From Rhodosorus marinus CCMP1338 (lineage: Eukaryota > Plantae > Rhodophyta): a DNA stretch of 64,000 bases. Numbering within the stretch: position 1 is the stretch's first letter; each line of letters starts with the position of its first letter. Shown here piece after piece: positions 1 to 13,751 of this stretch. Position numbers and translations under genes: made by a program. Location: contig JAMWBK010000003.1 in NCBI GenBank assembly GCA_029953675.1, positions 186,001 to 250,000 of the forward strand. The letters are read 5' to 3'. The notes under the pieces were generated by a model. That model saw only the letters and a program-made list of their open reading frames with translations. It did no database searches and was not told the DNA's origin.

Positions 1-2671
1 AACTGCTCGGACACCGCGAGCTCATCTTCTCAAGATGAACCAAAATCGTACAAAAACCTACAAGCGGAAATAGCTATTGCGAAAAACCCTATTGAAACCC
101 TTATTTCAGGTACAGTCCGACGTACTTCGACTGTCCGCGTAAAAAAATCCGCAATCCAGCTCTTAAAACGTGTTTACAGGTGGCGTATCTCCTTCAGATT
201 CTCGTTCATTCAGTCCGGAGTACCGGAAATTTTGTCTTTCGATCTCCTTTGCAACAGATTCTTCGCAAAACTTCAAAAATCGATCTCTCTCCTTGTTGTC
301 CACCAAGGATTCGCTTTCTTCTCCAAGCTCAAGGAACAACTTTTCAAGTGTAGCGCATAGAAGTACGACATGCCCCATGTGGCCAGGTCGCTTCTTCTGA
401 CCGCTCACCTGGACAGAAAAACAAGATCGTAAAAAGTAAGAAGACAAAACCACCTACAGATGGCTGATCAGGACATCTTCCTTACCTCTTCGCTCTCAAC
501 CCAGGCGCGCATTATCTTCGGGATAATGCCTGCCTTCAACCAAGCCTTTCTCGCGTCAGTGCTCCCAGCCTCGAAGCTGTAACGGATGGTCGTTGTCACG
601 GTGTTTAAAACTATGCTGTTCCATTCTCGGGAGAAGAAAATTTGTAGGAAGACTTCCGGAACTTTCTGCTCCAATAGAACCGCCGCTGTTTCCTGAACCC
701 GACAATCCAATGACCACTTGAGTCATAAATTCTCGATCCAAAGTGGAACGATATTGCTCACTCGCTAGCTTACTCTGTTTCCGTTCTTGGTGCAGGCCAG
801 CACAAATTCTGCAATCCTGAACTTCGTAATACCAAAAGGATCGGCAACTTCGTCACAACTGTTCGAAAATGAATCTTGGGTCCTGTCCTCTGTAAGTATC
901 TTCACCAGCTCGTCAATGCGCTTCCGAAGGCACCGCTCAAACAACGCAGTGCTCTCCTGCAGAGCAACCGGCCAAATAACGAGAAGATTTTGTTCAGAGT
1001 TCTTTTCTTGGTCATCCGTTGTTCGTCAACGTTGTGCCAAGACGTCCAGAAAACTCTGAAGCAATCCTTACCAAGGCGGTTCTGCTTTTCATGACCGCCA
1101 ATTCGCCGTTAGCTTCCGATTGATTTCCTTCAATGCCAAATATCTTCTGCCTTGACATCCGCGAAACCATGGCGATGACACTGTTGATCGAGCTTGAACC
1201 AAGTGACGCGTCGTGCTCCACCCGATTCACTTCAGTAGTCAACAGTTCGGCAGCAACATCTAAAGACGCCATGAGTGCAACTGATCGACCGTTTCCTGAT
1301 GTACGAGAGCGTGCTACTGATCAGTTTCCAATCCCGCTTCTACATGCACAGACAGAAAGTAAGCGAGTCCCATTCTTCCTCGGCATGGACAAGTCCCTAC
1401 CCTGCGCAGCATAATCCTTAATCCCCGCATCGATCATTACCCCAAGGACTTCCTCCGGCTTCTCAAAGACGTTTAACTCGGATGGTATCTCCATCAGCAC
1501 TCGTTTCAATTGAAGAACTCTCAGGGATAGGTTCAGCACGAGCTTAGACGTATTGATCAAAGTATTCTCTCTAAAGCCCTCCCCCTGTTCAGTGCTCCCC
1601 GCGCTCTTCACAAACATCTTTGCAAGTTCTACATTCGCAAGAACAAAAGAGAGGTCCAAATGAGAGATATGGGTACGCACTTTCAGGCCTCGGAGAGCAT
1701 GACGAGCTCGCAAACCTGATAATACGTTGCCGCTCACAAGAAGATCAACAGACTCCTTTCGAGGTTGTCCAACCTCGGAACTGAAGAATCTCCCCTGAAA
1801 ACACGCGCAAAACCAGATTATTAATGAACTACAAAAAGAAGATATTTTCGCGTGACAACAAATTAAGAGGAGCGACCTATTCCTTACAGTATCCGCGCTA
1901 TCAAGAACTCTGAGAACAAGGTCGGCAACAGACTCCTCCGCAACATGCACGAGCAGCGAAGGAATGAATGACTTGTTGTGAACTAGGTGGTGCAGTACTT
2001 CAATCTGCTCAGAGGAAAGAGGAGATCGCGGTTAGTACAGGCTGCCTTGATATATATCGGAAACACTACACGCTTACATTTTTACATCGCAGGAGGGCCG
2101 ATATTATTTTTGTGACGTAGGAAGCCCGAAGACTGTCCACAGTCTCAGGATTTTGCAGTTCGAAGAACCCAAACAATTTTACTGCAAGACCGCGACTGCG
2201 AACCATCGCGTCAGAAATTCGGCCGTTCTCAGACGCCAAGATCTCCGACGCAACGAACGGGAACTTGAACTTGCGTTTGGAATCCAGATCGGAATCTCCG
2301 GACGGAGTAGTATTCTCGGCTACACACATGTCAACAAGCGCCTATCAATCAATCGCCCAAAACGGGAAGTGGCTTCAGCGGTCTACTGGCTAACACGAGC
2401 TAGGGCACGTGCCACTGAGTCCAATTCTCATGCCACGGCCAAAGAAAATACAACTAAACGCGAAGCATTTGATAGAGCTTACCTCCATCACACTTGGGCG
2501 ACAAAGGAAGGCAAGGAGCCTCTTTTCCTCGGAGTTGACCTCCGCGATGATGTCCTGTCGGTCAAGAAGCTCATCTAAAAACACGCTGATTGGAAGCTTA
2601 TTATCCTCAGCCTCAGCACGAGCAACAATATCCTCAATAGCGGACGGTCCAAAGGTGTTTCGAAACAACAT
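1..2671 (-). CDS. SIT4-associated (SAPS / PP6 regulatory subunit) family protein, multi-exon, 3' end probably beyond the window
   Basis: ATG at 2671 gives MLFRNTFGPSAIEDIV...LDELLDRQDIIAEVNSEEKRLLAFLCRPSVME then a GT donor. The next exon has KFPFVASEIL, typical of the SAPS N-terminus. Later exons include HMGHV and a W/F-x-x-F..E helix. The exons match ORFs 2066-2329, 1321-1950, 1012-1272, 468-710 and 163-453. Confidence 0.78.
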
Positions 2672-3384
2672 GTCTCCTCTTCTCAAGACGTGACGAACCA
2701 ACTCAATAAATACTCTCCACTTTGCAAATATCAGGATAATGCACCATCCCACGGCGACCGTCCAGAGAAGCGTCGACGATCGCTCGAGAGCAGCTTGCCA
2801 AAAAAGCGCCGTGGCGAAATATCCAAAACCTACGGGTGCCCCCCCCCCCCGGCCTCCTTCAACAATTCGACGCCTCCTCCGCAGCTCCCACCACAAGTAA
2901 CTACATTCAAATAATAGCAAAAAAACTACCCAGGTCTTCTCTAACGCCTAGAAGGAAAGCCTCCTTCACACTCCAACACGACTTCTACAAGAAAATCCAA
3001 AACCAACCTATTCTCCCTAAAATAGCAATCGTGGACATTTCCAAAGCACTTCACCAACCGTTCTCCTTAATGAAGAGCTACACAACCCGAACTAAACCAC
3101 TGTTGGCCACCCCCCCCCCTAACACGTCCGACCTTGTCAAGGATATCGAACTTCCCCAGATGCCCTGTTGCAGTGAAGGCCCCACTAACGTCAGCCAAAC
3201 ACCAAGACAGTTTCTCGCTTAAACAAGTAAACTGCGTTCAGAATATTTCCGAAAGTGGCTATACCTCTGCGAATCTATTCGACGCTGCTCCCACCATCCT
3301 CAAGCAAGCGCGCTTCCGCACTCACTTGGCCCATCCAAACACTCAACCCCGGTGGCGATTTCCACAAAAAAAATATTCTCGTCC

Positions 3385-3480
3385 TCACCTTCTCACACTC
3401 TCACTCTCACTATTTCTCGCTCCGTCTCACTCTGTCTCACTCTGTCTCACAGTTCGCAGTCTCTCTCTCACTCTCTCTTG
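3385..3480. repeat. CT-rich degenerate microsatellite (ctcact/tctgtctcac units)
   Basis: tctgtctcac occurs tandemly among ctcact/ctct units, upstream of the SAPS gene. Confidence 0.6.
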
Positions 3481-4890
3481 CTACGTGCGAAAAGAGGCTC
3501 CATTACCTCCTTTGTCGCCCAAGGAACAAAAATTTAATGAAAATATGACGATTCCGTCAGGTTTTGCAAAATAGTTTTGAGAGATCATTGAAACAATAGG
3601 CTGTACGAAACAATGTACTAAATCGTACAAGAACAGCTATCTTATCCTATATGAAAGTAAAGAGGGCTATACAGTCTGTTTGGGATACTTGACCAGAACG
3701 TAAAGCTTTGATTGGTTTATTTTGATTGAATATGATCAGGACGGGTTTATTCTTGGAGGAAATTTGAAGGGACTATTGGCGTGTTTTCCAGCTAAGCGGG
3801 GCGGGGGGGGGGGGAGATGTAGTCCCGCAGCCCATTGCAAGCAAAAACTGATTCACTTTCAGGGGAGGGTACGTCATCTAGTAACGGAAGAAGTACTGGT
3901 TTTTTATTTTTCTATACATGAAATTGAACTCGACCACAACGAACTAAGGGAGGTTGCGGTGGGAACTTGTTTCGGTGTTCTTCGAAGGGGTAGATTTCGC
4001 GGCATTGATTTGCTGAATCGGAAGGGTGATTTCTAACGATGTGCAAGACATTTCGTTGCATCGCAGCTTGCCAAACTTCGACCCCGTAGCTACTGTTTCT
4101 AGGTTCCTCGGGTAAGTCGACCGTTTCCAAGGTGTATGGTTTAAGCTCCTTCCCCGATCATATGGAGCGGTATTTAGGATCTATTGATCCGACCTCGACG
4201 CATCAGAGGGATCACTGCCCCTCTTGGTCATCGGTTTCTTCTGTCGTTTCCAACTCATTCGCTGGCTTTTCTGGGTCCTCGTCAATTGGTAGCTCAAGCA
4301 GCGAACACCTTGCATCTTCAGGTTGCACTTCACCTTCTTGCAGTGGGAATTCTCAGCACATATCTTCACATTCCCGACGGCAGCCAATCAATCTTGGCCC
4401 TTCTACATCGATTTCATGCCTGTGAATAGCTTATCAGCAATCTGCCACAGCAGATTGTGGCAGATTGTTGAGACTTACTGAGCTAGTAACCCGCCTCGGG
4501 CATGGAAACCAACACCGATCGCGAGCTGAGCTGGAGCATCTAGTAAAGGCTAATGCTCAGGTTAAGAATACTGCGAAAGCCCGCAATGAACTTTTCTGGC
4601 ACCTGGGATGGAGACTCCACAAAGCTTGAGAACCAGCGGCGTTTCGCCGAGCTTCCTTGGCGCTGTTCACTCTCGTACCAGGAAATACCGGTCTCGCACC
4701 TGACATGGAAGGTTTCGTCTGATTCTCTACCCAGGGTAAAACTTAATAGTAAAGTATGTTTGGTACTAAGTAAACCTCTGCTTTGATGTAATTGACTGCT
4801 CTAGTTAGTGAGTCCTTTACAATACCGTTCTGTAGTTATGATTCAACTATGTCCAGTCCCTCTCGGGTAGTGTTCTGCCTCCCTATGTCC

Positions 4891-6760
4891 TCACATGACT
4901 TCGACTCCAAAGCCAAACTGCACAATGAGCATCCACATGTTCAAGGCTATTAGCACAAGAGCTATAGTCCAACCGACCATAGTGAGGACTTTAGGGGCGA
5001 TGTTGTCTTCCCCTACAAAGTTCTGATCCGCAGTAAAGATTACCAGGGGAATAATGGCAAAAGGTAACTGAACGCTGAGAACTGTCTGAGACCAAAGCAG
5101 CATCTCGTTCACCTTCTGCTCCCCGTACAACATGACCACAAACAACGCAGGTGCTACAGCCAATGTCCGCGTAATCAGTCTTCGTTTCCATGGGGATATC
5201 GGTAGCCGCACAAAACCTTCAAATACAATCTGCCCAGCAAGAGTGCCACTTATTGTGGACGATTGTCCACTTGCCAGCAGAGCGAGAGCGAATAGAACAC
5301 CTGCGCTGGGGCCCAGCGCATTACCTAGCAAGCCTGCGGCGTCCTCCAGGGAGGTGATAGAGTTCACAGATGATAATCCAGCGGCAGCTGTGATAAGAAT
5401 CGAACTACTCAAGTCCAAGGTAAATCGGAAACAAGCTGGCAGGTTAGACCGATTTGCAAGAAGCGGATATCCAGTTTTCCAATCCTTTGTGTCGCTTTTT
5501 GAACTTACGCATTCACCAGAAACGCCAAGAATAGGGCGATCGAGGAATCCCAGGTTGCAAGCTTGACAGCTTCTCGTGGAGGCTCCATTCCAAGCCGATG
5601 TTGTACAATACCCGAATGCAGGTATAAGTTGTGAGGCATCACGGTAGCACCTGTTGGGCGCGGTACATGAGCGTTCAGAGCCTTCAAGGCTGCAGCTAGT
5701 GGATGGGCTGCACGTACCAATTATCCCAAGACTAACGAAGAGAGCATGTTGCTCCTGGAAAATACTGAAATCAGGGAGGAACATGCCCCGGAAAATTGAG
5801 GGATACTCGGGTTTGGCGAGCCAAACTTCAATCCCAAAGCAGCCACCAACGATTGCTACCAGAACTAAATACGAGAATGGAACATGGAGCGCGTTAGGGT
5901 GATCTTCTGATCAGGGCATGGGCTACACACGACCACCACTCCCCTCTTCCAATTAGATGACGTGTTCACTTTCAAGTGTGTACTGTTGCTTACCAACGAC
6001 AACGAGCTCGAGGGGCCGGAAACCTCGAGATCCTATTCCGCTGAGGAAAAGAAGTACGTCAACCATGGTAATAAGGATCCCCAAAACCACTGGGACGCCG
6101 AAAAGAAGCTTGAGCGCAATCGCCCCTCCGATCACTTCAGCTAGATCACAGGCAATGATTGCCACTTCAGCTAGTAACCACATGGGCACCCAAATCCAAG
6201 GACTCTTCAGGTGCCTAGCCAAACAGAGAGATGCGATCTCGTTCAGTACAAGGTCCAGACCAAAAGGGCAATATCCTCCGTGTCCGGGTGAAACGTTGAT
6301 TTCTATCTGGGTACGAGTCACGCACTTTCTTGTGGCCGCGGCCAGGTCTATTTCGCCTAGTATTCCAAGCCTCACTGCGAGATGTTGAAGAAGCATGGCC
6401 ATCAAATTTGCCAGGAGTATTATCGAGAGCAACTCATACTGATACTTTGCTCCGGCTTCGAGACCAGTGGCCCAATTGCCTGGATCCACGTAGCCCCTAT
6501 ACATGGTTCAAGAATGAAAGTGTTTAAAATCTGCTTCAGAACTTGTCCATGTCCCGCTCTGTTTCCCTCGTGTTCTTGGTGGGAATATCTCACACAGAAA
6601 CGACGAAGCCGGGTCCAAGGAAGGATAATATCTTCTTCGCGATTTGCCATCGGCTCTCCTGCGGCGCAACGCCGTTCGCTTTCCCAAGCAACCCCGTTCT
6701 CTCATCGACCTTTGATGTCGAGCCATTCTCCGCGCCCCAAAACCATTTCCTGCTACTCAT
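4891..6760 (-). CDS. NRAMP: NRAMP/MntH divalent metal transporter
   Basis: ATG at 6760 (MSSRKWFW...[10 protein letters not shown]). Motifs [35 protein letters not shown] and [23 protein letters not shown] are present. Stop at 4891. Confidence 0.95.
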
Positions 6761-8125
6761 ACTCAAGCCAAAATTCCCAAGGTCGAAGAGCTTTACCCCC
6801 CACGCCTACTCTGTACACAAGACCTCACCAACCACCCACACCTCTTTCCTCCTACACCTTTGTCAAGTCTCTGAGAATAAATACATCCACCCTACATGGC
6901 AACTACAATGAATCCATTCATTCACGCATCTATATACAAATACACAATCAAAACATCACTCCACAAAACAAAAACAAAAAACACAAAGCTCAGATAAGGG
7001 AAAAAAACAACCACAGAGCTCAGATAGGGAAAAAAAAAAAACCTTCCACGCCCTTCATGCACACCCACCCATCCGTTTCCAATCCCTAGTTGCTCACCGG
7101 ACAACACCCGTTCCCAGCCAAGCCCTGACAGGTGTGGCACCCTGCCCCCTGCCTCGCCTTGACCAGCCTGCCCCAAAAAACCAAAAACTCGGAGCAGAGG
7201 GCAATTACCCTGTCCATAGAAACGCCTTTTTGCTGGCTCATCTAAAAATAATCTCATTTCAATAAATAACCGGGGAAATAGGAATTGCCCCAATGGAAAA
7301 ACCCCAACCCGCCCAAACAATTAATTTTGCAACGGCCGTAGACTAGACCTAATAAGTCCAAAAAATTGGCTCCTTTTCTTCTCCCCCCTTCCCCCGCATC
7401 CCCTCCGTATTTTTTTTGAACTCTGGAAGCAAATGATGAAAATTGTCATCAAATTATTTCGGAAATATCAAGAGTAACATACAAGAAACGAGAAAGAGGG
7501 GGGTTCAAGTTTTTCCTCAAAAACGTGTTTTTTTGGTTTTTTTCGTTTGGGCCAACCCGCACGCGCCCGCACCCCGTTTGTGATTGGGGAACTTGAGTTC
7601 CACTTAGATTTTGGTTTCCTAAAATTATATAATATTTTGTTCGGGTGAAAGAGGCGCCCTGTACGCAATCTGTGTACATATCCACAACAACAACAATTGC
7701 ATGGCGGCGAGTAGTTAATTGAAGGATTGGGTCTGGCACGTGAACACCGTTAGTTTCCTGCGGATCCCAAACTGGTTAGAAACGGTTGGACCATGGATCG
7801 TGTTTTTCTAGAGTTGAGAACAAAAGGCCTACACCAGCTAGTTCGTTAGGTTCGTGCAGGGTCCCAGACTAACGTAACCCTGATCATGGATGCATTCTTT
7901 GTGACGTTCCAGCGACGAAACGTGACAGTCTAGGAGGATTTATGGACCAGTGGGCATTTAACCAGATTGAGTCAAGGCCCATCCCACGGAGTTATTCGTC
8001 CTCTATTGGGACTAGCGCTCAGTAGGCTTACGCTTTAATTAAATTAAGAACAGATCCAGGGATTCAGAATGCAGGAGCTCAGCCTTGTCCCGTGCAATCG
8101 TGACCACTTGTCGGCTTAAAGAGGT

Positions 8126-9740
<1,615 letters not shown>

Positions 9741-9900
9741 CCTCGCATCCGCTTGGCACTCTCAACTCTTTTTTAACTCCCCACTCCCGGGCGGTCCGAG
9801 GCAGTCCTACCTAGACCCAGCTGTTGACCCTAGCCCGCTTTTACCCATATGAAATGTTCACTTTATGGCAACATTTAGTGAACCGCTGCACCAGAGCAAG

Positions 9901-9930
9901 CCCAAACCAGCCCAAACCAGCCCAAACCAG
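9901..9930. repeat. Perfect 10-bp tandem repeat (cccaaaccag)x3
   Basis: Read directly from the sequence; lies upstream of the MYST gene. Confidence 0.9.
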
Positions 9931-11648
9931 GCTAAAGACAAGAGTCGTTTCTCAAAATCCTTTTCAGAGTCAAAAACTCGAAGCGTTCACGACCGCAATT
10001 GAACAAAACAAAAGCCTACCTTCCTCTCTTTGCTTCTTGAAATAGCTTGCCGCAAAGTCGTCCCGCAACCCAGAATCAACATGACGAAAGCGTCTTAGGA
10101 AAACTTTTTCCATCCTTGAACTGTCCACCGGCTTCGTTCCCATAGCACTGGTAGTGCGTTTTCATGCTGCGAAAAACAGCTCCGAAAAGAAACAACGAGA
10201 AACGTCTAGTATCCCAATAAAAACAGTCCAAGTGTCTCGAGTTGGGTTTTTCGTCCATTAGGACTGTACTGTCAAATTGATTAGTAACACGTCTCGCATA
10301 TCAGGGAGGCTGATGTGTTGAAGAGCCTGCTTGGGCGGCAGACCCAACCCTTCCGGAGGTGAGTTTGCCGGTACAGAAAATTGGATGTGGCTTTCCCATA
10401 TACAGTGGTTATTCCGCGCTCACCAAAGCTCGTCTCTCGTCTTTTCCTCCTTAAGCAACAATTCTGTGTGGGTTCTCCAGTATGTCAAAAGATGCATAGC
10501 GGAACCCCTGCCGTACGAGGGAATGCGCGCGATCTGCTTGTAGACAGAACATTGCAGAGGCCAAACACGACGCAAAGGGCCTTCCGAAGAGCCCTAGAGC
10601 AAGAGCTAGCGCGAAAGTCGACATGACATGAGATGTTGAAAATGTAGGCAAATTGGTATTTTTGAAGCGACTCTTCCCCATATCCTAGAAAGCCCATAGC
10701 TGGTACTTGCCACTGTCCGGGCAGGTGAGAAGGTGGAATTGCTTGGATGATCATCGGAGAGATACAGAGTCGTGTCAGTGGAGAACTTAGGTTTTGCTGG
10801 GTGCTGGGGTAGAGAAGGTATTGGATCATTATCATCTGCAAATGATGTGAATGGTTGGATTCTTGAGGCTTGTTCAGAAAGTGTTTTGTTGCTGCGGAGA
10901 AGTGTTCTGAATCTAGAAAGTCACCTTGGCGCTCGAAGGATCAAGTTTCTAGCATGGGATACTTCACCAACATCCTTGGGGCCGTAGGTGGTTAGCAGTC
11001 AAGAAACCTCCCTGTAGCATGTCTCTAATAGCGAGAATTCGATCTTTCGTCGCTGCTACAGGATATTTATAAAAACAGGAGCAGAGGAATTCTCTTAGTT
11101 TTTTGTTCTGTTGCAGTTTCAGTGAAAGTAATGAACCTATTTCAAGAGGAGAATGAGCTGAACGGTCTTATCCGCGAAATCCCTTTCAAGGAAAGACTTC
11201 TGGAAGAGCGGAAACAGGCGTTCTTAGAGGCAACTGGAAAGAGGTGGCCTTCACCAGAGGAACGTCGAGAAAACGCCAAGCAAAGGGACCTAGCTCCCCT
11301 ACGGACACCGTAGCGGGGCAGCGTGGCAGAGTGCCATAAGAGCATCTGGGAAAGCCAACAGCTGAGCAACCCCTTGGGGGCAAGTATCAGTCCAGCCTTG
11401 CTCGTTCGAAACTTCATAATACACTTCATCAGAGCCAGCGTGCCCACTTCTTGCGCTTGGCTCGAATAAACTTATTCTCAGATCTGTCATACTACTGGAC
11501 CCAAGACTTGAATATGAGCATTACGCCGTGTCTTCGTCGTTTCGCTCTGACTAGAGACGGCGGGACCAGGTCAGGGGCGGATGTTGGGAGTATAGGGAAG
11601 AGATAAACGTTCGAGCGATAAGCCAGCGACAAAAGGTCTCTAGCGATT

Positions 11649-12421
11649 ATGCGTCCGGTGTTTATCAGTAGCTTGTCGATGAGAGGGGATACTCCTGAAC
11701 TCGGCAGGCGTCCTAAAATAAAGAGGATTGAGCTTGTATCGGCCAAGCCCTGTCCGTATGCTCAACGGGCATGGATCGCTCTCGAGGAGGTGGGGGTCGA
11801 GTACACTCTTCGGGAAGTTGAGTTGTACGGAAGCAGGAAACCGGATTGGTTTTTAAAAGTGAATCCGAAAGGGAAAGTCCCAGTTCTTCTAGTCTATGAA
11901 GAAGGTGATAACCAACCGCGGCTTATCGTAGAGTCCAACGTGATCTGTCGGTACATCGCGGACAATCTACGCACTGAAGGTTCTGAACTTGCAAATCCTG
12001 AGGAAGCGAAGGTTTGGCATGAGTGGATCGATGATGACCTGGGCTACCATGGCAAAGAGCAGGTAACCAAGAGCCGAAGAGGTGGATCAGTGCTTGGTGG
12101 CGAACTTGAAACAAGCCTGCTAAAAGTTGAAGAGGTAACAACCCTCAAACGAACCCACGCAGCTAGTGAGTCTGTGGCCACCAAAGGCTAAGCTGCTCTC
12201 TTAATATGCCCTAGGCTCTAAGAAAAGGAGGGCCGTTCGTATGCGGAAATGATTTTTCGACTGTAGACGTTTCGATGTACCCTTTTCTTTCGCGACTTGA
12301 AGAGACGTTCTCCATGGAAGAGACTCACTTCTCTCATCTGCTTACCTACATCCAACTACTCAGGAGTAGAAGAAGTATCCAGCGAGCTTCCACCCAAGGA
12401 GGCTGGTGGTGGTGGTGGTAG
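11649..12421 (+). CDS. Glutathione S-transferase, cysteinyl (omega/lambda-like) class; start codon uncertain
   Basis: CPYAQR active-site motif, VNPKGKVPVL and IVESNVIC. Intron 12135-12214. Exon 2 reads ALRKGGPFVCGNDFSTVDVSMYPFLSRL...GGWWWWW-stop. Confidence 0.9.
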
Positions 12422-12548
12422 AAATGCGGGGGACTTGCGAAACCCTCTTCAAGGCTCTTATTGGTTACATAACCTCGTCCGCTCGGGGGATAGGCACTTG
12501 GCTCCATGGTCTCCGAGCGGAATAGCAAAATATTGGACGTATTCGAGC

Positions 12549-12599
12549 TCTCAGAGCGAGCACATTGCGGAACACCGAAGAGGTTCACGCCCTCGTTGT
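12549..12599 (+). repeat. 51-bp copy (49/51 identical) of P4-ATPase coding sequence 14736-14786
   Basis: gagcacattgcggaacaccgaagaggttcacgccctcgttgt is identical at 12558-12599 and 14745-14786, with a 2-mismatch extension upstream. Confidence 0.92.
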
Positions 12600-13751
12600 T
12601 CAATCAATCATTTTGTTGCGAAAAGACAATTTGGAGAGCCGTAGACCATCGTTGGAGGAGATGGAATCCGGCATAGCTTCGGGACTGTTTCGCGATCGCG
12701 ATGAGACCACTCTCGTTTCATATATCGCTGTCACCCTTTCTTCTCGTACTTCTACTACTACGTCCTCGCGATCATGGGATGAATTTATTCAGACACACAG
12801 ATCAGTTCAACGAAAGTGGTTTTCATTGCAAACGAATCGAAGGAGGCGTTATTTTTTTTATTTTTTTGATTAATAACGTCTCCTTCGTGATGATCAATCT
12901 CCCATCGAAAACCAGATCGCAAGAAAATACTCCACTAAAACTAGTTAAAAAAACGGACATTACCTTAAAGCGCCTCAACTAAACCCTTTTAAAATTCACA
13001 ACTGCGGCAGACGGCGGAATCCTAGGACCCAAAGCAAGCTGCTGTTAAACAAACTTACGAAAGAAGCTCAAATCTAGCTGCGAAGAAGCTCTTACCTAAA
13101 TACCAATTGATCTCAACGTGCCTGTTTACTACCTACGATTCCGACTGGTTTGCATTTCGGTGAGTTTTTCTCGAAGAAGCATCGATGTATGTTTTTAAGG
13201 ATTTTCAGTAGTAATCGTGATTGATAGTTTCCTGGGATGGGATTTGGTTTTCGATAGGAAATAGATTATTCTCTCGAACACCTGTTTTTGAATAATCTAC
13301 CAACGAACCACAATCACTTGAAGCAGCGCTAATCGCAAAGATGCTAATTGATAATTAATAATAAATAGGTCAATCTGTCGAAGATCGAATTTTCTTCTTT
13401 TTTGGGGGGGGGGGAATATGTTTTCGTCCGTTATCGGTAGAATGAGAGAGGAAATGGGCTTCGTAAAAGTAAAATTGGAAGAGGTGCCGCGCCTCCTCAA
13501 CTTTGCCAAGAGTCTTAAGATGGGCGTTGATGATCAGACAGAACGAACTGCTGGAAAGAGAGGAGTTGATTGTAGTGGAATAACTGGGAGGAGATTCTGT
13601 AGTGTGGGTTTAGCTTCAGGGGCTGGTGTTGAGACTGCTTCTGCAGACTTGATGGAGAGTCGAACATGGTGTTTGGGGAAGGATCAGATGGCTGCTTTTG
13701 TCTGAAGGTGACTTTGGGTTGTGATCTTTTTATTTCTAGTTTTTGGTGAAG

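Noticed and set aside
3796-3816. G-quadruplex-like poly-G run
   Set aside because: It is mostly a single homopolymer in a region with many long runs, so it cannot be separated from consensus error.
10250-11490. Short ORFs between MYST and GST (e.g. 11122-11313)
   Set aside because: Some look protein-like, but I could not assemble a consistent gene model or recognise a family.
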